DNA from: Xanthobacteraceae bacterium | Lineage (GTDB): Bacteria > Pseudomonadota > Alphaproteobacteria > Rhizobiales > Xanthobacteraceae | Assembly: GCA_036559465.1 (NCBI GenBank) | Contig: DATBTC010000063.1 | Span: 2,497 to 66,496 of the forward strand | Length of the DNA stretch: 64,000 nucleotides | Direction: 5' to 3' | In this document: one piece after another, positions 34,698-43,378 of the stretch | Numbering within the stretch: position 1 is the stretch's first letter | How the letters are laid out: each line of letters opens with the position of its first letter | The notes under the pieces: generated by a model | What the model was told of the DNA's origin: nothing | Seen by the model: the letters and a program-made list of their open reading frames with translations, nothing else | Databases searched by the model: none | Translations under genes and position numbers: made by a program

Positions 34698-35699
34698 ATG
34701 GCCGCTCCCCGCTACGACGTCATCGGCATCGGCAACGCGATCGTTGACGTGCTCGCGCGCACCGACGACGATTTTCTGGTGCGCCAGAAAATGCCGAAGG
34801 GCTCCATGTCCCTGATCGACGAGGCGCGCGCCGAGGCGATCTATTCGGCCATGGGCCCGGCGACCGAAATCTCCGGCGGCTCGGCGGCCAACACCATGGT
34901 GGGCGTAGCGAGCTTCGGCGGTCGCGCCGCTTTCGTCGGCAAGGTCAAGGAAGACGGCTTGGGCCGGGTGTTCGCGCACGATATCCGCGCGGCCGGCGTC
35001 GTCTTCACCACCAAGGCGGCGAGCGACGGTCCTTCGACCGCGCGCTGCTACATTCTGGTGACGCCCGACGGTGAGCGCACCATGAACACCTATCTGGGCG
35101 CGGCGCAGAATCTGTCGTCCTCCGATGTCCTGGCCGAGGAGATCGCCGCCGCCGCGATCACGTATCTGGAGGGCTATCTGTGGGACCCCAAGGACGCCAA
35201 GGAAGCCTTCCGCAAGGCCGCGAAAATAGCCCATGACGCGGGCCGCACCGTGGCGCTTACTCTTTCCGATTCCTTTTGCGTCGATCGCTTTCGCGGCGAG
35301 TTCGTGGCGCTGCTGCGCGATCGCGTCGTCGATCTTATGTTCGCCAATGAATCGGAATTGAAGAGTCTCTACGAGACCGCTGATTTCGACACCGCGCTCG
35401 CTGGCTTGAAGAAGGACGCCAAGCTTGGCGTCGTCACCCGCAGCGAGAAGGGGGCCGTTGTGGTAGATGGCGGCAAAATGGAATCAGTGCCGGTCTTTCC
35501 GGTCGAGCGGGTGGTCGATGCGACCGGCGCCGGCGACTTGTTCGCCGCGGGCTTCCTTCACGGCTTTGCGCGCGGCTTGCCGCACAAGGCCTCGGCGCAG
35601 CTTGGCGCGCTGGCGGCGGCCGAAGTGATCTCGCACATGGGCGCGCGGCCGCTGCGGAAGCTTTCCGATCTCGCGCGCGAGAATGGCCTCAAGGCCTGA
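34698..35699 (+). CDS. adenosine kinase (PfkB carbohydrate/nucleoside kinase family)
   Basis: 333 aa. DVIGIGNAIVDV, GGSAANT, C-terminal DATGAGDLFAAGF. Confidence 0.8.
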   Translation: MAAPRYDVIGIGNAIVDVLARTDDDFLVRQKMPKGSMSLIDEARAEAIYSAMGPATEISGGSAANTMVGVASFGGRAAFVGKVKEDGLGRVFAHDIRAAGVVFTTKAASDGPSTARCYILVTPDGERTMNTYLGAAQNLSSSDVLAEEIAAAAITYLEGYLWDPKDAKEAFRKAAKIAHDAGRTVALTLSDSFCVDRFRGEFVALLRDRVVDLMFANESELKSLYETADFDTALAGLKKDAKLGVVTRSEKGAVVVDGGKMESVPVFPVERVVDATGAGDLFAAGFLHGFARGLPHKASAQLGALAAAEVISHMGARPLRKLSDLARENGLKA

Positions 35700-35702
35700 T
35701 GT

Positions 35703-37994
35703 TCAGCCGCTGATGTTGTAGGCCGCGAGCGCGGCCATGTTCACCAGATCGGAATCCTTGGCCGACAGCGGCACGATCTGCACCGGCTTGTCGAGGCCGA
35801 CGAGCAGCGGGCCGATCACCGTGGCGCCGCCCAACTCCTGCAGCATCTTAGTCGAGATCGCGGCCGAGTGGAACGCCGGCATCACCAGCACGTTTGCCGT
35901 GCCGGTGAGCCGGTTGAATGGATAAGCGGCCGCAAGCTCGCGGTTGAGCGCCACGTCCGCCGCCATGTCGCCGTCCACCTCGAAGTCGATCGTGCGCTCG
36001 TGCAGGATCTTCACCGCCTCCTGCACTCGCGTCGCGCGGTCGCCCGGCGGTTGGCCGAAGTTGGAGAAGGCGAGCATGGCGACTCTCGGCTCATAGCCGA
36101 GCCGGCGCGCGACGCCGGCGGCCTCGATCGCGATCTCGACCAGCTCGTTTGCTGTCGGCATTTCCGTCACCGCCGTGTCGGCGACCAGCACCGTGCGGCC
36201 GCGCGCGTGCACCAGCGAGACGCCGATCACCCGGTGGCCGGGCTTGGGGTCGATCACGCGCCGCACTTCCTCGAGCACCACCGAATAATTGCGCGTGGCG
36301 CCCGAGACCATCGCATCGGCATCGCCGAGCGCCACCATGGCGGCGGCGAAAATGTTGCGGTCGATGTTGATCATCCGCTGGCAATCGCGGAACAAGAAGC
36401 CCTTCCGCTGCAGGCGCTCATAGAGAAAATTCGCGTAGTCGGCGTTGCGCTTGGAGAGCCGCGCGTTGTGGATTTCGATGCCGTCGTGGATGTCGATATT
36501 CGCGTTCTTCGCCGCTGCGCGCACCTGTTCCTCGCGGCCGACCAGCACCGCCGTGCCGAGCCCCTGATGGACGAAGCTCGCAGCCGCGCGCACCACCTGC
36601 TCCTCTTCGCCTTCGGCGAACACGACGCGTTTGGGCTGGCGCCGAAGCCGCTCGAATACGCGCGCCAAGACGCTGGCGACCGGATCTAGCCGCGTGCGCA
36701 GCTGCTGGGCATACGCGTTCATGTCGACGATCGGTCGCCGCGCGACGCCGGAGTCCATCGCGGCTTTCGCCACTGCGGGCGGGATAAAGGAGATCAGCCG
36801 CGGGTCGAACGGCACAGGGATGATGTAGTCGGGCCCATATTTCGGCCGTGCGCCATAGGCGGCGGCGACCTCGTCGGGTACGTCTTCCCGCGCAAGATCG
36901 GCGAGCGCTTTGGCCGCGGCGATCTTCATCTCCATGTTGATGGTCTTGGCGCGCACGTCGAGCGCACCGCGAAAGATATAGGGAAACCCGAGCACGTTAT
37001 TGATCTGGTTCGGATAATCTGAGCGCCCGGTCGCCATGATGGCGTCGTCGCGTACCGCCGCGACGTCTTCGGGCGTGATCTCGGGATCGGGATTGGCCAT
37101 GGCGAAAATGATCGGGTTTTTCGCCATCGACTTGATCATATCCTGCGTGAAGGCGCCCATCGCAGAGAGGCCGAACAGGATGTCGGCGCCCTCGATCGCT
37201 TGCGCCAGCGTTCGCGCCTTGGTTTCTACCGCGTGCGCCGACTTCCATTGGTTCATGCCCTTGGTGCGGCCCTTGTAGACCACGCCATTGGTGTCGCAGA
37301 GCACGACGTTGTTGTAGCCGAGCCCGAGCGATTTCAAGAGCTCGACGCAGGCGATGCCCGCGGCGCCGGCGCCGTTGATCACGAGCTTGGCGGTCTTTAG
37401 GTCGCGGCCGGTCAGGTCGAGCGCGTTGATGATGCCGGCCGCGGCGATGATCGCGGTGCCGTGCTGGTCGTCGTGGAACACTGGAATGTCGAGCAGCTCG
37501 CGCAGGCGCTGCTCAATGATGAAACACTCCGGCGCCTTGATGTCTTCGAGATTGATGCCGCCGAAGGTGGCGCCGAGATAGCGCACGCAATTGATGAATT
37601 CGTCCGGGTCCTCGGTATTGACCTCAAGATCGAAGGCATCGATGTCGGCGAAGCGCTTGAACAGAACCGCTTTGCCTTCCATCACCGGCTTCGAAGCCAG
37701 CGCGCCGAGATTGCCCAGGCCCAGAATGGCGGTGCCGTTGGTGATGACGCCGACCAGATTGCCTTTCACCGTGTAGTCGTAGGCGAGGCCGGGATCGGCG
37801 GCGATTGCCAGCACGGGTATGGCGACGCCCGGCGAATATGCCAACGACAGGTCGCGCTGCGTCGCCATGGGCTTGGTGGCGACGACCTCGAGCTTCCCGG
37901 GCCGGCCTTGGCTGTGGAACTGCAGCGCTTCCTGGTCGGTGAAGTGGGGCCGGGTCTGGCCTTTTTTGCCCGCGGACATCGATACTCCTGACAC
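35703..37994 (-). CDS. maeB: NADP-dependent malic enzyme (malic enzyme + phosphotransacetylase-like domain)
   Basis: 763 aa. [21 protein letters not shown]-terminal PTA-like half. The start could be the second Met (MSAGKK, 37979). Confidence 0.9.
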   Translation of the reverse strand: MSGVSMSAGKKGQTRPHFTDQEALQFHSQGRPGKLEVVATKPMATQRDLSLAYSPGVAIPVLAIAADPGLAYDYTVKGNLVGVITNGTAILGLGNLGALASKPVMEGKAVLFKRFADIDAFDLEVNTEDPDEFINCVRYLGATFGGINLEDIKAPECFIIEQRLRELLDIPVFHDDQHGTAIIAAAGIINALDLTGRDLKTAKLVINGAGAAGIACVELLKSLGLGYNNVVLCDTNGVVYKGRTKGMNQWKSAHAVETKARTLAQAIEGADILFGLSAMGAFTQDMIKSMAKNPIIFAMANPDPEITPEDVAAVRDDAIMATGRSDYPNQINNVLGFPYIFRGALDVRAKTINMEMKIAAAKALADLAREDVPDEVAAAYGARPKYGPDYIIPVPFDPRLISFIPPAVAKAAMDSGVARRPIVDMNAYAQQLRTRLDPVASVLARVFERLRRQPKRVVFAEGEEEQVVRAAASFVHQGLGTAVLVGREEQVRAAAKNANIDIHDGIEIHNARLSKRNADYANFLYERLQRKGFLFRDCQRMINIDRNIFAAAMVALGDADAMVSGATRNYSVVLEEVRRVIDPKPGHRVIGVSLVHARGRTVLVADTAVTEMPTANELVEIAIEAAGVARRLGYEPRVAMLAFSNFGQPPGDRATRVQEAVKILHERTIDFEVDGDMAADVALNRELAAAYPFNRLTGTANVLVMPAFHSAAISTKMLQELGGATVIGPLLVGLDKPVQIVPLSAKDSDLVNMAALAAYNISG

Positions 37995-38103
37995 ATCTTC
38001 TTCCGGCGCGGTCGCCGGAATTCCGACCTTAGCGGAGCGTCAGGCTGTTGCTCAAGGACGAAGGCCCGATGAAAGGGCTGGGGCCATCTGCTAGCGTCGA
38101 TGC

Positions 38104-40818
38104 ATGGATATCGAGCGCGCGCCAGTGCCTTCCGACGCCGGCCCCGAGGCCGATACGCCGGCGCGCATTACACCGATGATGGAGCAATATATCGAGATCA
38201 AGGCCGCCAATCCCGATTGCCTGCTGTTCTACCGGATGGGCGATTTCTACGAGATGTTCTTCGACGACGCCGAACTAGCTTCCCGCGCGCTTGGCATCGT
38301 GCTCACCAAGCGCGGCAAGCATCTGGGCCGCGACATTCCGATGTGCGGCGTGCCGGTCGAGCGCTCGGAAGAATATCTGCATCGCCTGATCGCGCTCGGC
38401 CACCGGGTCGCCGTCTGCGAGCAGATCGAGGACCCGGCCGAAGCGCGCAAGCGCGGCTCCAAGTCGCTGGTGCGCCGCGACGTCACCCGTCTCGTGACGC
38501 CAGGCACACTCACCGAGGACACGCTCTTGGAGGCCCGCCGCAACAATTGGCTGGTCGCCATCGCGCGCGGCAGGCCCGCTAGCGACGCCGAGGCGCTATT
38601 CGGCATTGCCTGGCTCGACATCTCCACCGGTGAGTTCTTCGCCACCGAATGCGATCGCATAAGGCTCGGCGCGGAGCTCGCGCGGCTGGAGCCCGGAGAG
38701 GTCGTGATCGCCGACAATCTTTACGAGGACGCGGAGCTGAAACCGCTGTGGCGGTCCTTGGCGGCGGTGAGCCCGGTTACCCGCGACCTGTTCGACGGCG
38801 CGACGGCGGACCGCCGGCTGGCTTCCTTCTTCAACGTGGCGACGGCCGATTCCTTCGGTGCGTTCTCGCGTCTCGAGCTTTCCGCGGCGGCCGCGGCCGT
38901 GACCTATGTGGACCGCACGCAGCTTGGCAAGCGTCCGGCGCTTTCGCCGCCGGCACGCGAGCGCGCGGCGGTGCTCGTCATCGACGCGCCGACGCGCGCC
39001 AATCTCGAATTGATCCGCACGCTTTCTGGCCAAACGCGCGGCTCGCTGCTTTCCGTGATCGACCGCACCATGACCGCCGCCGGCGCTCGTATGCTCTCCG
39101 CGCGGCTGGCGAGCCCCCTGATCGAACCCGATGCGATCAACGGACGTCTCGATGCGGTCGCGCTCTTGGTCGAAGACGCGCGCTGCCGCGCCGAACTGCG
39201 CGAGGCGCTCAGCAAGACGCCCGATCTTTCGCGCTCGCTTGCGCGGCTCTCGCTCGGCCGCGGCGGGCCGCGCGATCTCGCCGCCGTGCGCGAAGCGCTC
39301 GGGTCCGCCGAGAATATTGCCGATGTTCTTGGTGGCGCGGTGAAACTGCTGCCGGAACTGGCTTCCGCGCTCAAGGCGCTCGAGGCACCGGGCGGCAAGC
39401 TCGCCGGGGAGCTCGCCGCCGTCCTCGCCGACGATCTGCCGCTCTTGAAGCGCGACGGCGGTTTCGTACGCGCGGGCTTCGATCCGGACCTCGATGCCGC
39501 GCGCAAGCTGCGCGACGACGCCCGCCACGTGATCGTCGGTTTGCAGACGCGCTATGCCGAGGAGACCGGCATCCGCTCACTCAAGATCAAGCACAACAAT
39601 GTGCTCGGCTATTTTGTGGAAGTTCCTGCCGCCCAGGGCGAGCGGCTCCTGGGCGGTCCCGCGCGCGAGACCTTCATCCACCGTCAGACGCTGGCCGGCG
39701 CCATGCGCTTCACTTCGTCCGAGCTCGGCGAATTGGAGTCGCGCATTTCTTCAGCCGGCGAACGCGCGCTTGGCTTCGAGCTTTCGATCTTCGACCAGAT
39801 GACGGAGAAAGTGATCGCTTCTGCGAAGAGCCTCGAAGCCGTCGCCGACGCCCTCGCGCGCGTCGATGTAGCCTCCGCACTCGCCGAGCTTGCCGCGGCT
39901 GAAGCCTGGACCCGGCCCGAGGTCGACGCCTCGCTCGATTTCCGCATCGAAGCCGGCCGCCACCCGGTCGTGGAGGAGGCGCTGCGGCGCGAGCACGGGC
40001 CGTTCGTGGCCAATGATAGCGATCTGTCGCCGCCTGCGATCGAAGAAGCGGGCCGCATCTGGCTCGTCACCGGCCCCAACATGGCGGGCAAGTCCACGTT
40101 TTTGCGCCAGAACGCGCTGATTGCGATCCTGGCGCAAATGGGCAGCTTCGTGCCGTCGCGGCGCGCCAAGATCGGCGTGATCGACCGGCTGTTTTCGCGC
40201 GTCGGTGCGGCCGACGATCTTGCCCACGGCCGCTCCACCTTCATGGTCGAGATGGTGGAAACCGCGGCGATCCTGCATCAGGCGACCGAGCGCTCGCTGG
40301 TGATCCTCGACGAGATCGGCCGCGGCACTGCGACCTTCGACGGACTATCGATCGCCTGGGCGTCGCTCGAGCATTTGCACGAGAAGAACCGCTGCCGGGC
40401 TTTGTTCGCCACGCACTTTCATGAGCTGACCGCGTTGGTAGCCCGCCTGAAGCGGCTGGTGAACGCCACCGTGCGGGTCAAGGAGTTTCAGGGCGACGTG
40501 ATTTTCCTGCACGAGGTGACCGAAGGCGTCGCCGACCGCTCCTACGGAATTCAAGTGGCGAAGCTCGCGGGCCTGCCCATGGCCGTGATCGAACGGGCGC
40601 GCCTGGTGCTCGCCGAGCTTGAAGCTTCCGACCGTGCCGCGCCGACGCACAAGCTCATCGACGACCTTCCGCTGTTTTCCGCCGCGAGGAGCGCCTCGCC
40701 GCCCGAGGATCCGCTGAAAGACGAGCTCGACCGGGTCGATCCCGACGCGCTGTCGCCGAAGGAAGCGCTCGAGGCGCTCTATCGGCTTAAGTTATTGAGA
40801 AAGCAGCAGGAAAAGTGA
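38104..40818 (+). CDS. mutS: DNA mismatch repair protein MutS
   Basis: 904 aa. [11 protein letters not shown], mismatch-binding GDFYEMF, Walker [24 protein letters not shown]. Confidence 0.95.
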   Translation: MDIERAPVPSDAGPEADTPARITPMMEQYIEIKAANPDCLLFYRMGDFYEMFFDDAELASRALGIVLTKRGKHLGRDIPMCGVPVERSEEYLHRLIALGHRVAVCEQIEDPAEARKRGSKSLVRRDVTRLVTPGTLTEDTLLEARRNNWLVAIARGRPASDAEALFGIAWLDISTGEFFATECDRIRLGAELARLEPGEVVIADNLYEDAELKPLWRSLAAVSPVTRDLFDGATADRRLASFFNVATADSFGAFSRLELSAAAAAVTYVDRTQLGKRPALSPPARERAAVLVIDAPTRANLELIRTLSGQTRGSLLSVIDRTMTAAGARMLSARLASPLIEPDAINGRLDAVALLVEDARCRAELREALSKTPDLSRSLARLSLGRGGPRDLAAVREALGSAENIADVLGGAVKLLPELASALKALEAPGGKLAGELAAVLADDLPLLKRDGGFVRAGFDPDLDAARKLRDDARHVIVGLQTRYAEETGIRSLKIKHNNVLGYFVEVPAAQGERLLGGPARETFIHRQTLAGAMRFTSSELGELESRISSAGERALGFELSIFDQMTEKVIASAKSLEAVADALARVDVASALAELAAAEAWTRPEVDASLDFRIEAGRHPVVEEALRREHGPFVANDSDLSPPAIEEAGRIWLVTGPNMAGKSTFLRQNALIAILAQMGSFVPSRRAKIGVIDRLFSRVGAADDLAHGRSTFMVEMVETAAILHQATERSLVILDEIGRGTATFDGLSIAWASLEHLHEKNRCRALFATHFHELTALVARLKRLVNATVRVKEFQGDVIFLHEVTEGVADRSYGIQVAKLAGLPMAVIERARLVLAELEASDRAAPTHKLIDDLPLFSAARSASPPEDPLKDELDRVDPDALSPKEALEALYRLKLLRKQQEK

Positions 40819-40833
40819 GCGACGGAAATGCAA

Positions 40834-40858
40834 ACGGCGCCGCGTTTAGCGGCGCCGT
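40834..40858. terminator. GC hairpin between convergent mutS and SBP-like gene
   Basis: Perfect 10-bp stem ACGGCGCCGC-gttta-GCGGCGCCGT. Flanking T-tracts are weak on both strands. Confidence 0.55.
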
Positions 40859-40878
40859 CTCGATTCGTGCGCTCAGGG

Positions 40879-41751
40879 TTAGGCCAGCGAAACGACCGAG
40901 TCCTCATATTTGCCGGAACCCATCTGGCCCTCGGCGAAAATCTCGTGCTTGGCGATCCAGTCGAAGGATTCCTCGAACACTTCCTTCGAGTAGGGCTCAA
41001 ACACCAGCCGCTCGCCCGGTCCCCAGCGGCGCGTATCCATCTTGTCGTGGTAGCGCTCGGGAAACTCCTTCTTGTAATAATGCGTATAGAGTTCGGGCCG
41101 CAGATCGATGTCGCGCTGAGCGCGCCGCAGCGCCCGGAAATACTTGCGGATATCCTCCGGGTCCGGGTCGCCGTTGATCATGGTCGAGATCATGAAGGTG
41201 GTGTCGAGCACTTTGCGGAAGCCGAGTTGCTCGGCGAAATAATAAGGTCCGCTGAACAGCGCGCAGGCCGGTATCTCGCCGTCGATCAGCATTTCCATGC
41301 GCTTGAACAGCATGCCGTCATTGAACGAGAGATTGATCTTGTCGGCCGGCATATATTGCTCGAGCGCCTGAATGGTCGAGTAGTGGCTGCCCGACTGGAA
41401 GCCGACCGAGACCGGAACGCCGGCGAGGTCGGCCGGCGTCTGCACCGGCGAGCCCAGCGGCACGAACACGCCCGAGGGCGACACCGAATAAACGTCGCCA
41501 TACATCTTGGTATGGCCTTTGGAGGCGGCGACGTTGACGGTCCAGTGGCAGGCGCAGGTGACGTTCGAGGGTCGCCCTTGCTCGATGGCCTGGAAGGCGC
41601 CGACCTTGGCGCCCTTGTCGTGAATCTTGCCGTCGGTCTTGCGCACCATCTCGCGGAACTCGTATTCGAGTCCTTCCTTGCGGAAATAATCTTTCTCCTC
41701 GGCTACCCATTCCTGCAGCCGGAAATGCGGTTCGATGACGAATTTGGCCAC
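40879..41751 (-). CDS. cytoplasmic protein of unknown function, possibly periplasmic-binding-protein type 2 (NMT1/THI5-like) fold
   Basis: 290-aa ORF with normal codon bias and no signal peptide. Sits 27 nt downstream of the gntR-family gene. The fold guess rests only on weak resemblance to sulfonate/nitrate-SBP-like enzymes (VSVGFQSGSHYSTIQALE). Confidence 0.6.
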   Translation of the reverse strand: MAKFVIEPHFRLQEWVAEEKDYFRKEGLEYEFREMVRKTDGKIHDKGAKVGAFQAIEQGRPSNVTCACHWTVNVAASKGHTKMYGDVYSVSPSGVFVPLGSPVQTPADLAGVPVSVGFQSGSHYSTIQALEQYMPADKINLSFNDGMLFKRMEMLIDGEIPACALFSGPYYFAEQLGFRKVLDTTFMISTMINGDPDPEDIRKYFRALRRAQRDIDLRPELYTHYYKKEFPERYHDKMDTRRWGPGERLVFEPYSKEVFEESFDWIAKHEIFAEGQMGSGKYEDSVVSLA

Positions 41752-41778
41752 GGTTTCCTCCTCGTTTGATTTTGATAA

Positions 41779-42549
41779 TTAGCAGCAACTCGGATCGTTG
41801 GGTTTTCCCTTGGCGTGCTCGGTGACGCGTCGGGTGCGGATCATTTTCACGTGGTCGTCCATCAGGCGCCGCGCTGCGGCGGCGTCGCGCGCCTCGATCA
41901 AGTCCACGAGTTCCCGGTGCACGTCGACGATGTGGCGCGCGACCGGAGGGGTGAGCGTCCGGTTCCGCGTCGGCCACGAGACATGCTGCAGCGAAATGAG
42001 TTCGGCCACGAGCACGCGGTTGTGCGAGGCCTCGGCGATCGCCAGATGAAAGTCGCGGCTCGAACGCGTCAGTCCGTCCACGTCGTCGATCTTGTTCTCT
42101 GCGTCTTCCAAGAGGGCACGCAATTTGGCGATGTCTTGGGCGGTGGCGTTCTCGGCCGCTAGCTCGGCGGCGATGCATTCGATGCCGCGTTGCGCGTCCA
42201 TGATCTCGCGCACTTCGACGCCGGTCAGCTCCAGCTGCACCGCCAGCGCCTCGGCGAACAGCCGCGGATTGCCATGCGCGATGCGCGCGCCACCCTTGGC
42301 GCCCATTCGGATCTCGACCACGCCGAGCGCTTCCAGCGTACGCAGTGCGTCGCGCGCTACGATGCGGCTCACGCCGTATTTGGCGGCAAGCTCTTTTTCA
42401 GTGTCGAGGAAATCGCCGGGCTTGAGGCGCTTTTCGAACAGCGCCTCGCGCACCTCGGCGATGATCTGGTTGGAAAGCGAGCTGCCGCGGCCGGGCAGCG
42501 CGGACCGCTCGTCGATGCCGGATTCGATGACGACTGGACGCCAGGACAT
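41779..42549 (-). CDS. GntR-family transcriptional regulator (FadR/FCD subfamily)
   Basis: 256 aa. Winged-HTH LKPGDFLDTEKELAAKYGVSRIVARDALRTLEALGVVE followed by an all-helical FCD-type domain. Confidence 0.88.
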   Translation of the reverse strand: MSWRPVVIESGIDERSALPGRGSSLSNQIIAEVREALFEKRLKPGDFLDTEKELAAKYGVSRIVARDALRTLEALGVVEIRMGAKGGARIAHGNPRLFAEALAVQLELTGVEVREIMDAQRGIECIAAELAAENATAQDIAKLRALLEDAENKIDDVDGLTRSSRDFHLAIAEASHNRVLVAELISLQHVSWPTRNRTLTPPVARHIVDVHRELVDLIEARDAAAARRLMDDHVKMIRTRRVTEHAKGKPNDPSCC

Positions 42550-42601
42550 GAAGTAGCTTCCCGCTGAGGAGGCTAGAACCTAGCAGGCAAGTTTAAAATG
42601 A

Positions 42602-42618
42602 TAAAGATACTATCTTTA
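42602..42618. promoter_or_regulatory. perfect 17-bp palindrome, candidate operator upstream of the gntR-family gene
   Basis: TAAAGATA-C-TATCTTTA (8-bp arms) inside a strikingly AT-rich 110-nt spacer, 53-69 nt upstream of the regulator start codon. Confidence 0.4.
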
Positions 42619-42659
42619 GAATTTTACTTACATAACCCTTTGATTTTGTTGATAAACCG

Positions 42660-43172
42660 TCAGCGCTTACGGACGATTTTTGCCTCCGCTACCGGCACGC
42701 CCTTACGTATCGTCTGCAGCACCACGCAATAGCGCTCGGTGACTGCGAGCAACTTGTCGAGCTGCTCCTGGGTGGCGTCGGTGTCGATATTGAAGGTGAC
42801 ACCGATGCGCTCGAAGCCGACCGCCGCCTCGCGATCGACGCCGAGCGTGCCGCGAAAATCGATGTCGCCCTCGGCCTCGACCTGGCCCGAACGAATCTCG
42901 ATGCCGAACGCGGTCGCTACTGAGTTCAACGTGACGCCGGCACAGGCGACGAGAGCCTCGAGCAACATATCGCCTGAGCACAGTTCATGACCTGAGCCGC
43001 CGGTCGCAGGATGCAGTCCAGCGAGTGCGATGGCGCGGCCGGTCTCTACCTTGCAGGTGAGGCCCTCGTTGAGCACGCCCTTGGCCTTCAGCGTGACGAG
43101 CGCGGCGTTCGGCTCTTTCTTGTAGCGATCCTTCAAAGGCGCTTGCAGTGCGCGCAGTTCGGTCGCGTCCAT
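42660..43172 (-). CDS. OsmC-family peroxiredoxin-like protein
   Basis: 170 aa. Two conserved Cys contexts (ELCSGDMLLEALVAC and ERYCVV) typical of the OsmC/Ohr fold. Confidence 0.8.
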   Translation of the reverse strand: MDATELRALQAPLKDRYKKEPNAALVTLKAKGVLNEGLTCKVETGRAIALAGLHPATGGSGHELCSGDMLLEALVACAGVTLNSVATAFGIEIRSGQVEAEGDIDFRGTLGVDREAAVGFERIGVTFNIDTDATQEQLDKLLAVTERYCVVLQTIRKGVPVAEAKIVRKR

Positions 43173-43378
43173 CGTTCATCTCCCGGCCGAAGCTTGTCGC
43201 CTTGGCGCCTGTTAAGTCCATATCATATAATTAATTTCAGTATATTGTCTCGAAGGCCAATCACTGTGGGCCCCGCGCTGAAAGCGCTACTCGGTCTAAG
43301 AACATGCCGATCGGTAGCCTGCGGTGACTTGGCTCTTGTGATCGGTTATGCCGCGCCAGGAAAGGCCGCGTTGCCACT

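Noticed and set aside
42615-42631. TTTAGAA-TTT-TACTTAC, resembling the Irr iron-control element (TTTAGAA-N3-TTCTAAA)
   Set aside because: Only the left half-site matches; the right half matches 4 of 7. It lies in very AT-rich DNA where such half-sites arise by chance, and it overlaps the better-supported 17-bp palindrome.
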